Of a stretch of DNA of 64,000 bases, positions 1 through 9,876 are shown in pieces. The stretch is from Candidatus Omnitrophota bacterium. Its GTDB lineage: Bacteria; Omnitrophota; Gorgyraeia; Gygaellales; Profunditerraquicolaceae. Each line of letters opens with the position of its first letter. The stretch's first letter is position 1. Below the pieces are notes generated by a model. It worked only from the letters and a program-made list of their open reading frames with translations. It ran no database searches and was not told the DNA's origin. Location: positions 42,198 through 106,197 of the forward strand of contig JAPLLW010000007.1 of the NCBI GenBank assembly GCA_026387355.1, written 5' to 3'. The translations under genes were made by a program, and so were the position numbers.

Positions 1-53
1 GTAGTTAGTTGACAGTAGGTAGTAGTTAGGGAAAACCAAAGTTAAAGATAATT

Positions 54-86
54 AAAAACCCTCAGGGGAACTAGTCCCCTGAGGGT
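54..86 (-). terminator. Rho-independent terminator downstream of the outer-membrane protein gene
   Basis: Perfect 11-bp inverted repeat CCCTCAGGGGA/TCCCCTGAGGG (59-69 / 75-85) with a 5-nt loop. On the minus strand it is followed by the U-tract TTTTTAATT, immediately 3' of the CDS stop at 110. Confidence 0.8.
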
Positions 87-109
87 CAGTTGTTTCTACA
101 TTAGTTGTA

Positions 110-1507
110 TTAGAATACGACCTTTACATTACCAACAACCTGCATGGCACTGTGTGCATTATCCAGGAAAGCATCGCCTTTCCAGAAAGAACCATAGGTT
201 AAACCAAGTTGAACATCTTCAGTATAGTCATACTTAACTGTTAGGTCTAAAGCGCTACCAAGATTATTCTTGCTACCGTTCATGGCCATTACAGTATTTG
301 TGTATTGATTTGTTAAAGATGAAACTGCTGTGTCTAGCTGGTAGTAACCGTAGTTTGCTAATAAAGTTACATCCTCAAGCGGCTTTATGCTACCTCTTAC
401 ATTACCAACTCTCATGTTACTAAAAGGCAAGATAGCATATGCGATATTGTTTAAATTCTCATCCTGGTACATTGGATCCCAACCACCGCGAGAACCTCTG
501 TTGCCAGATAGCCAGGTATATCCACCACCAATACTAGGTTTCATTTTCAATTTGTTGAAAGTATAGTCACCTAATAATTGCAGAGCAAAAGCACTTACTT
601 CTTTTGGTTCAGAAGCAGCGCCAGTTGTGGTACCAGCGTGATTTGTGGCTCCAAACTGATATGCAGCTTCAGCAGATGCCTTTAAGTTCTGGCCATGGTA
701 GGTTAAAAGAAAACCAGGCGTAGCGACAACTTTATTCATTTTAGTATTTCCAGAGCTAGCTCCAGAGCTAGCATTGTTTGATTTATCATATTTAGCAAAT
801 GCATAAGCCTGTAAATTGACCTTTTTAGTAATATCATAAGAAACATTAACGCCATAAAGATTTTCTCTGGCATCAACAGTTGTAACGGTATTTCTTACTG
901 AAGCGTAGATAGCGTCAATTACTAAAGGATCATAGTTTAAAGTAGCTCTGATAGCATCAAATGCTTTGCTTACAGAAAGATCTTTTGGCAGATTATTATA
1001 ATCAGCAGCACCGTTTGCAAGCTGGCTGCCATTTCCAATAATTAACTTATTTCCGAACATCAATTCTTGGCGACCAATGGTCATGGTCAAAGGTGAATAC
1101 AAGAATTCTTTTAAAGTAATATAAGCTAAGTCTAAATTAATACCAATATTATTTGTGTTATTTGTATTATAGTTATTTTGATCAGTACCATTAACCTGAC
1201 CTGAAGTGTTTCCCCATCCTCTTTCCTGAAGTAATCTCACGGTTGCAGATACATTGTCAGTTAAGTCAGCGTCAACTCTTAAGCGGACCTGGTCAGCAAA
1301 AAGCCTTTGGTGGCTTCCATTAATGTCTTTAGGTTGAGGTTCGCTTGAACCACTTGGATAACCATACCCAAGATCAAAACCATCTCTTATGATTCCTATA
1401 GCATTGATATCACCAGATACCTTGATATTTTGCACTCCTGCGTAGGCAGCAAATGATGTGCTGACTACAAAAGCAAGCGCTAATACTAAAATTAAGCGTT
1501 TACTCAT
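110..1507 (-). CDS. Outer-membrane beta-barrel protein (putative porin)
   Basis: N-terminal signal peptide (MSKRLILVLALAFVVSTSFAAYA). Alternating amphipathic beta-strand composition rich in G/Y/N/T. C-terminal aromatic residue (…NVKVVF), typical of OMP barrels. SD AAGGAGGAG upstream. Confidence 0.7.
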   Translation of the reverse strand: MSKRLILVLALAFVVSTSFAAYAGVQNIKVSGDINAIGIIRDGFDLGYGYPSGSSEPQPKDINGSHQRLFADQVRLRVDADLTDNVSATVRLLQERGWGNTSGQVNGTDQNNYNTNNTNNIGINLDLAYITLKEFLYSPLTMTIGRQELMFGNKLIIGNGSQLANGAADYNNLPKDLSVSKAFDAIRATLNYDPLVIDAIYASVRNTVTTVDARENLYGVNVSYDITKKVNLQAYAFAKYDKSNNASSGASSGNTKMNKVVATPGFLLTYHGQNLKASAEAAYQFGATNHAGTTTGAASEPKEVSAFALQLLGDYTFNKLKMKPSIGGGYTWLSGNRGSRGGWDPMYQDENLNNIAYAILPFSNMRVGNVRGSIKPLEDVTLLANYGYYQLDTAVSSLTNQYTNTVMAMNGSKNNLGSALDLTVKYDYTEDVQLGLTYGSFWKGDAFLDNAHSAMQVVGNVKVVF

Positions 1508-1613
1508 TTTGATTCTCCTCCTTTGTTATGATGCCTTGTTATTGTTATATAAACTAGGCTTATAAGTGGTTATCTGCCTAGACGATAGCTATGCTTACCT
1601 AGCACTCTTTACT

Positions 1614-1642
1614 TTTTTATCATACAAGCCTTAATTTGTCAA
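1614..1642 (-). promoter_or_regulatory. Candidate sigma70-type promoter for the OMP gene
   Basis: Minus strand reads TTGACA, then a 17-nt spacer, then TAAAAA. Lies about 110 nt upstream of the start codon. The -10 is weak. Confidence 0.3.
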
Positions 1643-1662
1643 GTAAATTTATTAAAATTTCT

Positions 1663-2112
1663 CTATTTGAGTAAGCTTTTGGATCTCTTGTTAAAACCCT
1701 GTGATTTCGGCCCCATAGAGATACTGATCAGCGAGTTAGACCCTTTTGGCGCAATATTGATAATACAGCTCTCTGTCTCACGCTCAAAGTTCATCACACA
1801 GTCCCCGTATTCCATGACGTTTAGGAGATTCCAGTTGTACATGGGCATCTGTTCTTTATAGAAGTTAATTACTCGTTCAATTGAGGCAGGGCCCTGGTAT
1901 CTTAAGACACATGCCCTTAGCCCGGTGCTTTCAAAAGAATAAGAATTCTGTTGCAGTAATCTAAATCCAGCCGGAACAGGGATATCCTGGAACTTTAGGG
2001 CTACCTGTGATTTCAATGGTTCTAGGCTATTTTTATTAAACATGGAAGTGCAACCAGTAAGCGTTAATACTAAAGATGCTAAGATAGCTAGATACAACTT
2101 TTTTCTTTTCAT
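1663..2112 (-). CDS. Small lipoprotein, function unknown
   Basis: Signal peptide with lipobox (LTLTGC). No recognisable family. Confidence 0.55.
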   Translation of the reverse strand: MKRKKLYLAILASLVLTLTGCTSMFNKNSLEPLKSQVALKFQDIPVPAGFRLLQQNSYSFESTGLRACVLRYQGPASIERVINFYKEQMPMYNWNLLNVMEYGDCVMNFERETESCIINIAPKGSNSLISISMGPKSQGFNKRSKSLLK

Positions 2113-2122
2113 TGCACCCTCC

Positions 2123-2770
2123 TTATTTCTTTAAAAAATCAGTAACATCCTGGTAAATCTTATCCAGCTCGACTTCAGTTAAGCCAGCCTGAATTCCTAT
2201 AGCAGCCAGTTCTTGTGGCGAAATAATATCTTCTGGGGAATGGCTATCATTGTTCAGGATTAATTTTGCCCCAAACTTGCGAGCTTGTTTAATTACATGA
2301 TTATTGGTATTTGAATGCCCGCGACGGCTAGTAACCTCTAGGAAAACCCCTCTTTTTTTAGCCAGTAGCGTATCCTCGTCGGAGATTTTGCCAGGGTGAG
2401 CCAAAATATCAATATCTGCTTCTAAGGCCAGTCTATTAGTATCTTTTACTACCGGTTCAGTAGTAGTCTCACCGTGAGCAATAATAACTTTTATCCCCTC
2501 TTTTCTGGCAAATTTAGCCAAAGGTTTAAATTGAGCAGGTGGTAGATGTGTTAACTCAATGCCGGGATAAACTTTGATCAGAGAATCTTTAGGCCACTTG
2601 CGGTAGAATTCAACAATTGCTTTAGTCAAGGGTTTAATATTGCTGTAATCCGCATGGTCAGTAATTGCGATTGCCTTATACCCTTTGGCAAGGTAGCGTA
2701 CTGCTACTTCCGAAGGAAGCAGATCCCCGTCACTTAAAAATGTGTGTGCATGTAAATTGTAATTGTACAT
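2123..2770 (-). CDS. PHP-domain metal-dependent phosphoesterase
   Basis: N-terminal HAHT…SDG and ITDHAD motifs, characteristic of PHP (histidinol-phosphatase-like) domains. Confidence 0.7.
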   Translation of the reverse strand: MYNYNLHAHTFLSDGDLLPSEVAVRYLAKGYKAIAITDHADYSNIKPLTKAIVEFYRKWPKDSLIKVYPGIELTHLPPAQFKPLAKFARKEGIKVIIAHGETTTEPVVKDTNRLALEADIDILAHPGKISDEDTLLAKKRGVFLEVTSRRGHSNTNNHVIKQARKFGAKLILNNDSHSPEDIISPQELAAIGIQAGLTEVELDKIYQDVTDFLKK

Positions 2771-2781
2771 TTTAAAATAAG

Positions 2782-2855
2782 TGCGCCTGGCAGGAATCGA
2801 ACCTGCCGCACACAGTTTAGGAAACTGTTGCTCTATCCTTATGAGCTACAGGCGC
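2782..2855 (-). tRNA. tRNA-Arg (anticodon CCT)
   Basis: Hand-folded cloverleaf. Acceptor GCGCCTG/CAGGCGC. Anticodon stem ACAGT/ACTGT with loop TTCCTAA. T-arm GCAGG-TTCGATT-CCTGC. Discriminator A. CCA not encoded. Confidence 0.85.
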
Positions 2856-2859
2856 AAGA

Positions 2860-3393
2860 TTATTCTCCTTCAAACTTAATCAAAGAGTGAACTGGATAAT
2901 CCTTTAATTTATCTCTGCCCTTAAGGTCAACTAGCTCAATGACAAAGCCGATTCCCTGAATCTTGCCTTTTAAATTATTTACTAATTCAATTGTAGCTTT
3001 TACTGTCCCGCCCGTAGCCAGAAGGTCGTCGATAATTAAAACCTTTTCTCCCGGGTTAATGGCGTCCTTGTGGATCTCCAAAGTATCTGTGCCATATTCT
3101 AATGCGTAGGTTGTGGAGATGGATTTAAAGGGGAGTTTTCCTTTCTTGCGCACAGGGACAAATCCTGCGTTTATTTTATAGGCAATTGCTGCACCAAAGA
3201 TAAATCCGCGCGCCTCCACCCCTACTACCTTATCAATTTTTTTACCTTTAAATTTAGCTGTTAGCATATCAACGCTAGCCTTAAATGCTTTTTTATCTTG
3301 TATCAGTGTGGTTACGTCTCTGAATAATATTCCTGGCTTTGGGAAATCCGGAATATTACGCACATATTTCTCTAAGCAAAGTTTAGGGGTCAT
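2860..3393 (-). CDS. apt: Adenine phosphoribosyltransferase
   Basis: PRTase motif VLIIDDLLATGGT and the APRT-like N-terminus (FPKPGILFRD). Confidence 0.9.
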   Translation of the reverse strand: MTPKLCLEKYVRNIPDFPKPGILFRDVTTLIQDKKAFKASVDMLTAKFKGKKIDKVVGVEARGFIFGAAIAYKINAGFVPVRKKGKLPFKSISTTYALEYGTDTLEIHKDAINPGEKVLIIDDLLATGGTVKATIELVNNLKGKIQGIGFVIELVDLKGRDKLKDYPVHSLIKFEGE

Positions 3394-4205
3394 AGCTCTC
3401 CTTTTGTGCCTTCTACAAATTTTCTAATTTTCTTGAGGGCTGCCTCTTCGATCTGCCTGATTCTTTCTCTTGAGACGCCGAGCTTCTTGGCAACTTCGGC
3501 AAGTGTGTGTGTTTTAGTATCTGCCAAGCCAAAGCGCATATCCAGGATCTCTCGCTCTCTATCATTCATAATTTCAAGCAGGTTCTCCACTCTTTCTTTA
3601 TCCAAAAGATGCTCGATTCCGCTATCCGGTTGAGCAGAGTTCTCATCTTCGACTAAGTCTGAAATCTTCCCCTCGCTATCTTCACCTATTGGCGCATCAA
3701 GGGAAGAGGTTGTGGTAGTCATCCAGAAATTAATCTGCTCAATTTTATCTTTCGGGATCTTGAGTTTTTTGGCAATATCCATGTCAGACGGGATACGTTT
3801 TAATTTCTGGGCCATGCGCTCTTTTGTTTTGCGCCACTTGGTGATTATATCGTTCATGTACACAGGCACGCGGATCATTTTACCCTGTTCGGATATTGAG
3901 CGGGTAATCGCCTGCTTAATCCACCAAGCCCCATAAGTTGAGAAACGGAATCCTTTTCTATGGTCAAACTTATCTACAGCCTTCATTAATCCAAGATTCC
4001 CCTCTTCGATTAAATCAAGAAAGGGGATCCCTAGGCGCATGTATCGCTTGGCGATATTAATTACTAGGCGCAGGTTTGATTGGATCATTTGTTTACGCGC
4101 TTGTTCATCGCCTTTTTTGATGCGCTTACTTAAAGAAACTTCTTCCGCCGGAGTTAATAGCGGGATGTTTCTAATTTCTTTAAGGTATGTCCTTAATGCT
4201 TCCAT
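3390..4205 (-). CDS. RNA polymerase sigma factor, sigma-70 family (short alternative sigma)
   Basis: Region 2 (LDLIEEGNLGLMKAVDKFD…FSTYGAWWIKQAI) and region 4 HTH (TLAEVAKKLGVSRERIRQIE). At 271 aa it is too short for a primary sigma. Confidence 0.85.
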   Translation of the reverse strand: MEALRTYLKEIRNIPLLTPAEEVSLSKRIKKGDEQARKQMIQSNLRLVINIAKRYMRLGIPFLDLIEEGNLGLMKAVDKFDHRKGFRFSTYGAWWIKQAITRSISEQGKMIRVPVYMNDIITKWRKTKERMAQKLKRIPSDMDIAKKLKIPKDKIEQINFWMTTTTSSLDAPIGEDSEGKISDLVEDENSAQPDSGIEHLLDKERVENLLEIMNDREREILDMRFGLADTKTHTLAEVAKKLGVSRERIRQIEEAALKKIRKFVEGTKGEL

Positions 4206-4214
4206 GGTTTTCCT

Positions 4215-6953
4215 TTATTTCTTTTTGTCTTTCAGCGCTGCCTGAGCTGCTGCTAAATTCGCAATTGGAACGCGAAATGGCGAACAGCTTACGTAATTCA
4301 TTCCAACCTTATGGCAAAATTCCACTGATTTAGGTTCTCCACCGTGTTCACCGCAGATACCAACTTCTAATTTCTTATTGGTTTTTCTGCCGCGTTCAAT
4401 ACCGATTTGGATTAACTGGCCGATACCTTCCTGATCGATGCTTTGAAATGGATCTTCGGGGAGAATCCCTTTTTTAATATACTCAGGTAAAAAACCTCCG
4501 ATATCATCCCTGGAGAATCCAAAGCCCATCTGGGTCATGTCATTGGTGCCGAATGAGAAGAACTGCGCTACTGTTGCTAGTTTGTCTGCAACCAGTGCTG
4601 CGCGCGGGATCTCAATCATTGTTCCGTACATGGTTTTAATGTTCTTTAGATTGTATTTCTTTAAAACCTCTGCATAAACCTGTTTATAAATAACTAGTTG
4701 ATCCTCAAGTTCTTTTACATCGCAGACAACCGGGACCATGATTTCCGGGTATGGTTTTTTACCATCCTTGATCAGTTCAGCTGCTGCTTCAAATATAGCG
4801 CGAATCTGCATAGCGCTTACCTCAGGATAAGTTACCCCTAAGCGTACGCCGCGGTGGCCCATCATCGGGTTTGATTCGTGCAGTGCTTCAGCTCTCCTAG
4901 TTAGCTCCTCCATGTTAATATTAAGATCTTTGGCCAACTCTTCAAGCTTTGCTTTCTCGCGCGGAACAAATTCATGTAGAGGCGGATCAAGTAGGCGGAT
5001 AACTACAGGAAATCCGTCCATTGCTTCAAGTGTCCCTTTAATGTCTTTTTTGACATACGGGAAGAGCTGATTGATTGCGTTGGTTCTTTCTTCGAGCGTG
5101 TTTGAGACAATCATTTTGCGTAAAAGAAACAAAGCTTCATCAGAACCTTTTCCGTAGAACATATGTTCTGTTCTAAATAAACCAATACCTTCGGCTCCGA
5201 ATTGACGCGCCTTAGCAGCATCTTCCGGGGTGTCAGCATTAGTACGAATCCCTAGTTTCTTGATTGTACTGCAAATCTTCAAGAATCCAGAAAGCATCAT
5301 ATTTTCTTCGGAAGCATCCATCATAGGAAGCTTACCTATATATACATTGCCCTTAGTCCCGTTTAAGGTAACCCACTCCCCTTCTTTAAGGGTTTTACCA
5401 TCCACGTTGATCTTCTTGGCCCCTAAGTCAACATGCAAGGAACTGCATCCTACAATACAGCATTTACCCCAACCACGGGCTACCAGGGCTGCGTGTGAGG
5501 TCATACCGCCTCTGGCAGTCAAAATTGCCTGGGCAACGCGCATACCTTCAACATCTTCAGGGTTCGTCTCTTCGCGCACCAGTATTACCTGTTTTCCTTC
5601 TTTTGCCCATGCTACGGCATCAGCAGCTGAGAAAACAATCTGTCCACATGCACCACCCGGACCAGCAGGTAAACCCTTTACAAATGGTTTTTGCGTCAAT
5701 TCAACCTTAGGGTCAATGATCGGATGCAATAATTCATCTAACTGCGCAGGTGTTACGCGCATTACAGCTTCCTCTTTTTTAATTAATTTCTCTTTAATCA
5801 TATCCATGGCCATGCGCACTGCTGCCGGACCATTGCGTTTTCCTACGCGGCACTGCAACATAAAGAGCCTACCTTTTTCAATGGTAAACTCAATATCCTG
5901 CATATCGCGGTAGTGATTCTCTAGGCGAAGTTGTATTGCAAAAAGCTCTTTATAAATCTGAGGCATTGCTTTCTCAAGCGTTACCAGATCTTTATTATGC
6001 GTTGATTGCGAGAAGGTATTAATCGGTGCCGGGGTGCGGATACCTGCAACTACATCTTCACCCTGGGCGTTGATTAAATATTCTCCGTAGAAATGCGGGT
6101 CGCCGTTTCCGGGGTTTCTGGTGAAGGCAACTCCAGTAGCTGAAGCATTACCCATATTTCCAAAGACCATCGTCTGCACATTTACAGCTGTTCCCCAGGC
6201 ATCAGGGATCCCTTCGATGCGGCGATAGCTTATCGCGCGCTTTCCGTTCCAAGAGGAAAATACTGCGCCAATTCCTCCCCAAAGTTGTTGTATGGGTTCA
6301 TCGGGAAATTCTTTACCTAAAACTTCCTTAATCCGTGTTTTAAAACTTTTACATAATTCTTTTAAATCAGCAGCGGTTAAATCCGTATCTAGCTTGCTAC
6401 CTCTTTTTTGTTTTGCTTCATCCATGATGCGTTCAAGCTGCTTACGGATACCCATATCATCCTTAGCTTCAATTCCCGCAGCTTTCTCCATAACTACATC
6501 AGAGAACATCATAATCAACCTGCGGTAGGCATCATAAACAAAACGCTCATCGCCATTAGCTTGTTTGATTAATCCGGGGATAGTTTTTTCGGTTAAGCCG
6601 ACATTTAAAACAGTCTCCATCATACCGGGCATAGATTTACGCGCGCCGGAACGAACAGAGACTAAGAGTGGATTATTTGCGTCACCGAATTTTCTATCCA
6701 TGAGCTTCTCAACTTGAGCCAATGCTTTATTTACCTGTGTTTTAAGTTCTTTAGGATAAGACCGTTTGTTAGCATAATAATAGACACATACATCAGTGGT
6801 TAAAGTAAATCCCGGAGGAACAGGGAGTTTTAGATTTTTATGCCCTGCCATCTCGGCTAGATTTGCGCCTTTACCTCCTAAGAGGTTCTTCATACTTTCG
6901 TTTCCATCAGCTTTCCCTCCGCCGAAGGAGTAAACGTACTTTTTGTTACCCAT
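4215..6953 (-). CDS. ppdK: Pyruvate, phosphate dikinase
   Basis: Full-length (912 aa) match to PPDK architecture. N-terminal GGKGANLAEM, catalytic His domain (GGMTSHAALVARGWG) and PEP-utilising C-terminal TIM-barrel domain. Confidence 0.95.
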   Translation of the reverse strand: MGNKKYVYSFGGGKADGNESMKNLLGGKGANLAEMAGHKNLKLPVPPGFTLTTDVCVYYYANKRSYPKELKTQVNKALAQVEKLMDRKFGDANNPLLVSVRSGARKSMPGMMETVLNVGLTEKTIPGLIKQANGDERFVYDAYRRLIMMFSDVVMEKAAGIEAKDDMGIRKQLERIMDEAKQKRGSKLDTDLTAADLKELCKSFKTRIKEVLGKEFPDEPIQQLWGGIGAVFSSWNGKRAISYRRIEGIPDAWGTAVNVQTMVFGNMGNASATGVAFTRNPGNGDPHFYGEYLINAQGEDVVAGIRTPAPINTFSQSTHNKDLVTLEKAMPQIYKELFAIQLRLENHYRDMQDIEFTIEKGRLFMLQCRVGKRNGPAAVRMAMDMIKEKLIKKEEAVMRVTPAQLDELLHPIIDPKVELTQKPFVKGLPAGPGGACGQIVFSAADAVAWAKEGKQVILVREETNPEDVEGMRVAQAILTARGGMTSHAALVARGWGKCCIVGCSSLHVDLGAKKINVDGKTLKEGEWVTLNGTKGNVYIGKLPMMDASEENMMLSGFLKICSTIKKLGIRTNADTPEDAAKARQFGAEGIGLFRTEHMFYGKGSDEALFLLRKMIVSNTLEERTNAINQLFPYVKKDIKGTLEAMDGFPVVIRLLDPPLHEFVPREKAKLEELAKDLNINMEELTRRAEALHESNPMMGHRGVRLGVTYPEVSAMQIRAIFEAAAELIKDGKKPYPEIMVPVVCDVKELEDQLVIYKQVYAEVLKKYNLKNIKTMYGTMIEIPRAALVADKLATVAQFFSFGTNDMTQMGFGFSRDDIGGFLPEYIKKGILPEDPFQSIDQEGIGQLIQIGIERGRKTNKKLEVGICGEHGGEPKSVEFCHKVGMNYVSCSPFRVPIANLAAAQAALKDKKK

Positions 6954-6974
6954 TTCTTTAAAACCTACCTTTCT

Positions 6975-8318
6975 CTAAATAAGTTTGTCGGACAAATATT
7001 TTATTAGATTCTCAACTGGGATCCTGTCTTGAAGCATTGTGTCGCGATTGCGCACTGTCACCTGTTTGTCCTCCAGGCTCTGCACATCAACCGTAACACA
7101 GAAAAGCGTGCCTACCTCATCCTGTCTGCGATAAAGCTTACCGATTGCACCTGTGTCATCATAAACCGTAACCATTATTTTTTTCAAATCCCGGCAGATT
7201 TTCTTAGCTAATTCCACAATCTCCGGTCTGTTTCTTAAAAGCGGCAACACTGCTACTTTTGTCGGCGCAAGGTCCTTATGTATCTTTAGGACTACGCGCG
7301 TATCTTCTTTGACTTTCTCTTCGTTGTAAGCATCAGCTAAAAATGCTAATAGAGCCCGATCTACCCCGCCGGAAGGTTCAATAATATACGGATAAAACTT
7401 TTCTTTAGTGCTATCTTCAAAAAAGGTTAGTTCTTTTCCGCTATGTTCTGCGTGTTGTTTTAAATCAAAGTCCGTGCGGTTGGCTACACCCTCTAATTCC
7501 GACCACCCGAAAGGAAAGTTATATTCTATATCTGTGCAGCTGGCAGCATAATGTGCAAGCTCATCTTTTGCGTGCGGCCTTAATCTTAAATTATTTTTGT
7601 TTATTCCTAAATTAAGATACCATTGATAACGGGCATCTACCCATTCGTTGTAGGCTTTTTCTGCATCAAGCGGTTTTACAAAGTATTCAATCTCCATCTG
7701 TTCAAATTCGCGTGTACGGAATGTAAAATTACCCGGGGTGATTTCATTGCGGAAAGATTTTCCTATTTGAGCCAGGCCAAAAGGAAGCTTGGGGTGTCTG
7801 GAATCCAGGATATTAGCGAAATTTACAAACATACCTTGTGCAGTTTCCGGACGCATATAGATTTCATTTCCTGATTCTTCTACCGGTCCTTGGTAAGTCT
7901 TAAACATAAGATTAAAGGGCCTGCTTTCGGTAAGTTTCCCAGCGCATTCAGGGCACTTATTCTTATCTTTGAGGTCTTCGGATTTAAAACGTTTTCTACA
8001 AGACAAGCAGTCACTTTTTAGATCAAAGAAATTCTGCACATGTCCGGATGCCTCCCAAACCTTGGGGTGCATAAGAATAGCCGCATCCATTCCCATGATA
8101 TCGTAGCGCTCATAAACATTCGCCTTCCACCATGCACGCTTTAAATTATTCTTAAGTTCAACTCCGTAAGGCCCATAGTCCCAGGTATTGCTTAATCCTC
8201 CGTAGATATCCGAGGATTGAAATATAAAGCCCCTGCGTTTACAGAGTGAAACAATCTTTTCCATCAAGTTATCGCTCATGAGTCTTTCATTTTTAGCACA
8301 GTTTTGGATAAAAATCAA
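6975..8318 (-). CDS. glyQS: Glycine--tRNA ligase (dimeric class II type)
   Basis: IFQSSDIYGGLSNTWDYGPYG motif and class II motifs. The true start is probably the internal MSDNLMEK, around 8279. Confidence 0.9.
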   Translation of the reverse strand: MIFIQNCAKNERLMSDNLMEKIVSLCKRRGFIFQSSDIYGGLSNTWDYGPYGVELKNNLKRAWWKANVYERYDIMGMDAAILMHPKVWEASGHVQNFFDLKSDCLSCRKRFKSEDLKDKNKCPECAGKLTESRPFNLMFKTYQGPVEESGNEIYMRPETAQGMFVNFANILDSRHPKLPFGLAQIGKSFRNEITPGNFTFRTREFEQMEIEYFVKPLDAEKAYNEWVDARYQWYLNLGINKNNLRLRPHAKDELAHYAASCTDIEYNFPFGWSELEGVANRTDFDLKQHAEHSGKELTFFEDSTKEKFYPYIIEPSGGVDRALLAFLADAYNEEKVKEDTRVVLKIHKDLAPTKVAVLPLLRNRPEIVELAKKICRDLKKIMVTVYDDTGAIGKLYRRQDEVGTLFCVTVDVQSLEDKQVTVRNRDTMLQDRIPVENLIKYLSDKLI

Positions 8319-9040
8319 GCATTTTGCTCGCCAGGGCTGAGTGTGGAGATAATCGTTATAACTTTATTTAAATCCAGGGTGCACCTTGCGTCTCTTATGT
8401 AGACCTTAAAGAAGTCCCCTTCTTTATTAACTACACTACAGTCAAAATAATTAAACTTAGGGCTAATTGTGTAGTTAATGAAGCCGGCTTTATCTTCCAT
8501 CTCAAACTGAATCATCTTGACTAAGTTCTGGTTTCCTAAGTCAGGGGTAAAGATACTCTTCATAATTACAAAGAATGCGTCATTAAGATTATTAATTTGC
8601 GAAACTCTGGAGAACATCATGCTCGTAAGGAATTTATAGTTATCGTTGATTCCTAACTTTATTAGTTGGGGGAAAAGTTTACAAAAGTACCCTGGTCCTT
8701 GATGCAGGAGGTAGATTACAGGTTCGCCATTTCGGAACTTCTTTTTCTTATAATAAGGACGCTTAATTAATTCCTGGACAACTTTAAATCCTTTAGGTAT
8801 GTAGATCTCGACCTTGGGGAATTTATAGGGGATACAATCTTGAGCATAGCTCTTATCCGGTTGGAAAGTAGTTACTTCTTTTTCCGGTACTTTGCATAAT
8901 ATAGGAATAGTTTGACAATTTCCAATACCTGATTCAACGTAATTTGTTAAAATCTTTGGCCCGGCAAACTTTATTACAAAAACTATAGCCAGTGTAAAGG
9001 CTACTAAGGTAGCTAGCCTCTTTACCCATTTCTTTTTCAT
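8315..9040 (-). CDS. Hypothetical membrane-anchored protein
   Basis: N-terminal signal/anchor helix. No recognisable domain. Confidence 0.45.
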   Translation of the reverse strand: MKKKWVKRLATLVAFTLAIVFVIKFAGPKILTNYVESGIGNCQTIPILCKVPEKEVTTFQPDKSYAQDCIPYKFPKVEIYIPKGFKVVQELIKRPYYKKKKFRNGEPVIYLLHQGPGYFCKLFPQLIKLGINDNYKFLTSMMFSRVSQINNLNDAFFVIMKSIFTPDLGNQNLVKMIQFEMEDKAGFINYTISPKFNYFDCSVVNKEGDFFKVYIRDARCTLDLNKVITIISTLSPGEQNA

Positions 9041-9864
9041 ATTTTATTTAGCTCTTCAACTTTAATACTAAAGGAGTGTTCTGGCCCGGGAAATGTTTTT
9101 TGTGTAACCTCATCTTTGTAGCTTTGAATTGCCTTAAAAATCAATTCAGAGAGGTTCACGTATTTTTTTACAAATTTTGGGGTAAAACGCTCAAAAAGAC
9201 CGAGCATATCATTAGTTACTAAAACTTGTCCGTCGCAATAGATCCCCGCCCCTATTCCGATAGTTGGTATTTTCAGTTTTTCGGTTATTAGCTTAGCGAT
9301 TTTATCCGGGACGCATTCAAGGACTATTGCAAAGCAACCTAACTTTTCTAACTCTAACGCTTGTTCAATTAATTTACGCGCCGCATCCGCGTCTTTTCCC
9401 TGTACTTTAAAGCCACCGATCTTTTCTGCTGTCTGCGGGGTTAAGCCTATATGCCCCATTACCGGTATGCCTGCTTGCGCAATTTTCTTAGTTGCTTCAA
9501 GGCATTTATCAAACCACTCTAATTTTACCGCATCACAATTAGCTTCAACTAAGAATCTTCTAGCATTTTTTGCAGATTCATCAGGGTTTATCTGATAAGA
9601 TTCAAACGGCATATCCCCTACTACTAAGGTGCGTTTTACTGCGCGAGTTACAGCCTTAGCGTGGTGAAGCATTTCGCTCATTCCAACTTTGGTCGTTGAA
9701 TCTAACCCTAGGACTACATTTGCCAACGAATCTCCCACTAGAATCATATCAATCTCTGCCCGATCCATTAATGCGGCGGTTGGATAGTCGTAGGCAGTAA
9801 GCATGGTAATTTTGCGCCTGCCTTTTAATGCCTTTATATCATTTATAGTTATTTTAGCAGTCAT
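9037..9864 (-). CDS. panB: 3-methyl-2-oxobutanoate hydroxymethyltransferase
   Basis: PanB signature LTAYDYPTA…ILVGDSLANVVLG. Confidence 0.9.
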   Translation of the reverse strand: MTAKITINDIKALKGRRKITMLTAYDYPTAALMDRAEIDMILVGDSLANVVLGLDSTTKVGMSEMLHHAKAVTRAVKRTLVVGDMPFESYQINPDESAKNARRFLVEANCDAVKLEWFDKCLEATKKIAQAGIPVMGHIGLTPQTAEKIGGFKVQGKDADAARKLIEQALELEKLGCFAIVLECVPDKIAKLITEKLKIPTIGIGAGIYCDGQVLVTNDMLGLFERFTPKFVKKYVNLSELIFKAIQSYKDEVTQKTFPGPEHSFSIKVEELNKI

Positions 9865-9876
9865 TTTGTCCTCTTT

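Noticed and set aside
5230-5913. 227-aa plus-strand ORF
   Set aside because: Lies entirely antisense within ppdK. Low-complexity Ser/Pro-rich translation. Artefact of the opposite-strand coding frame.
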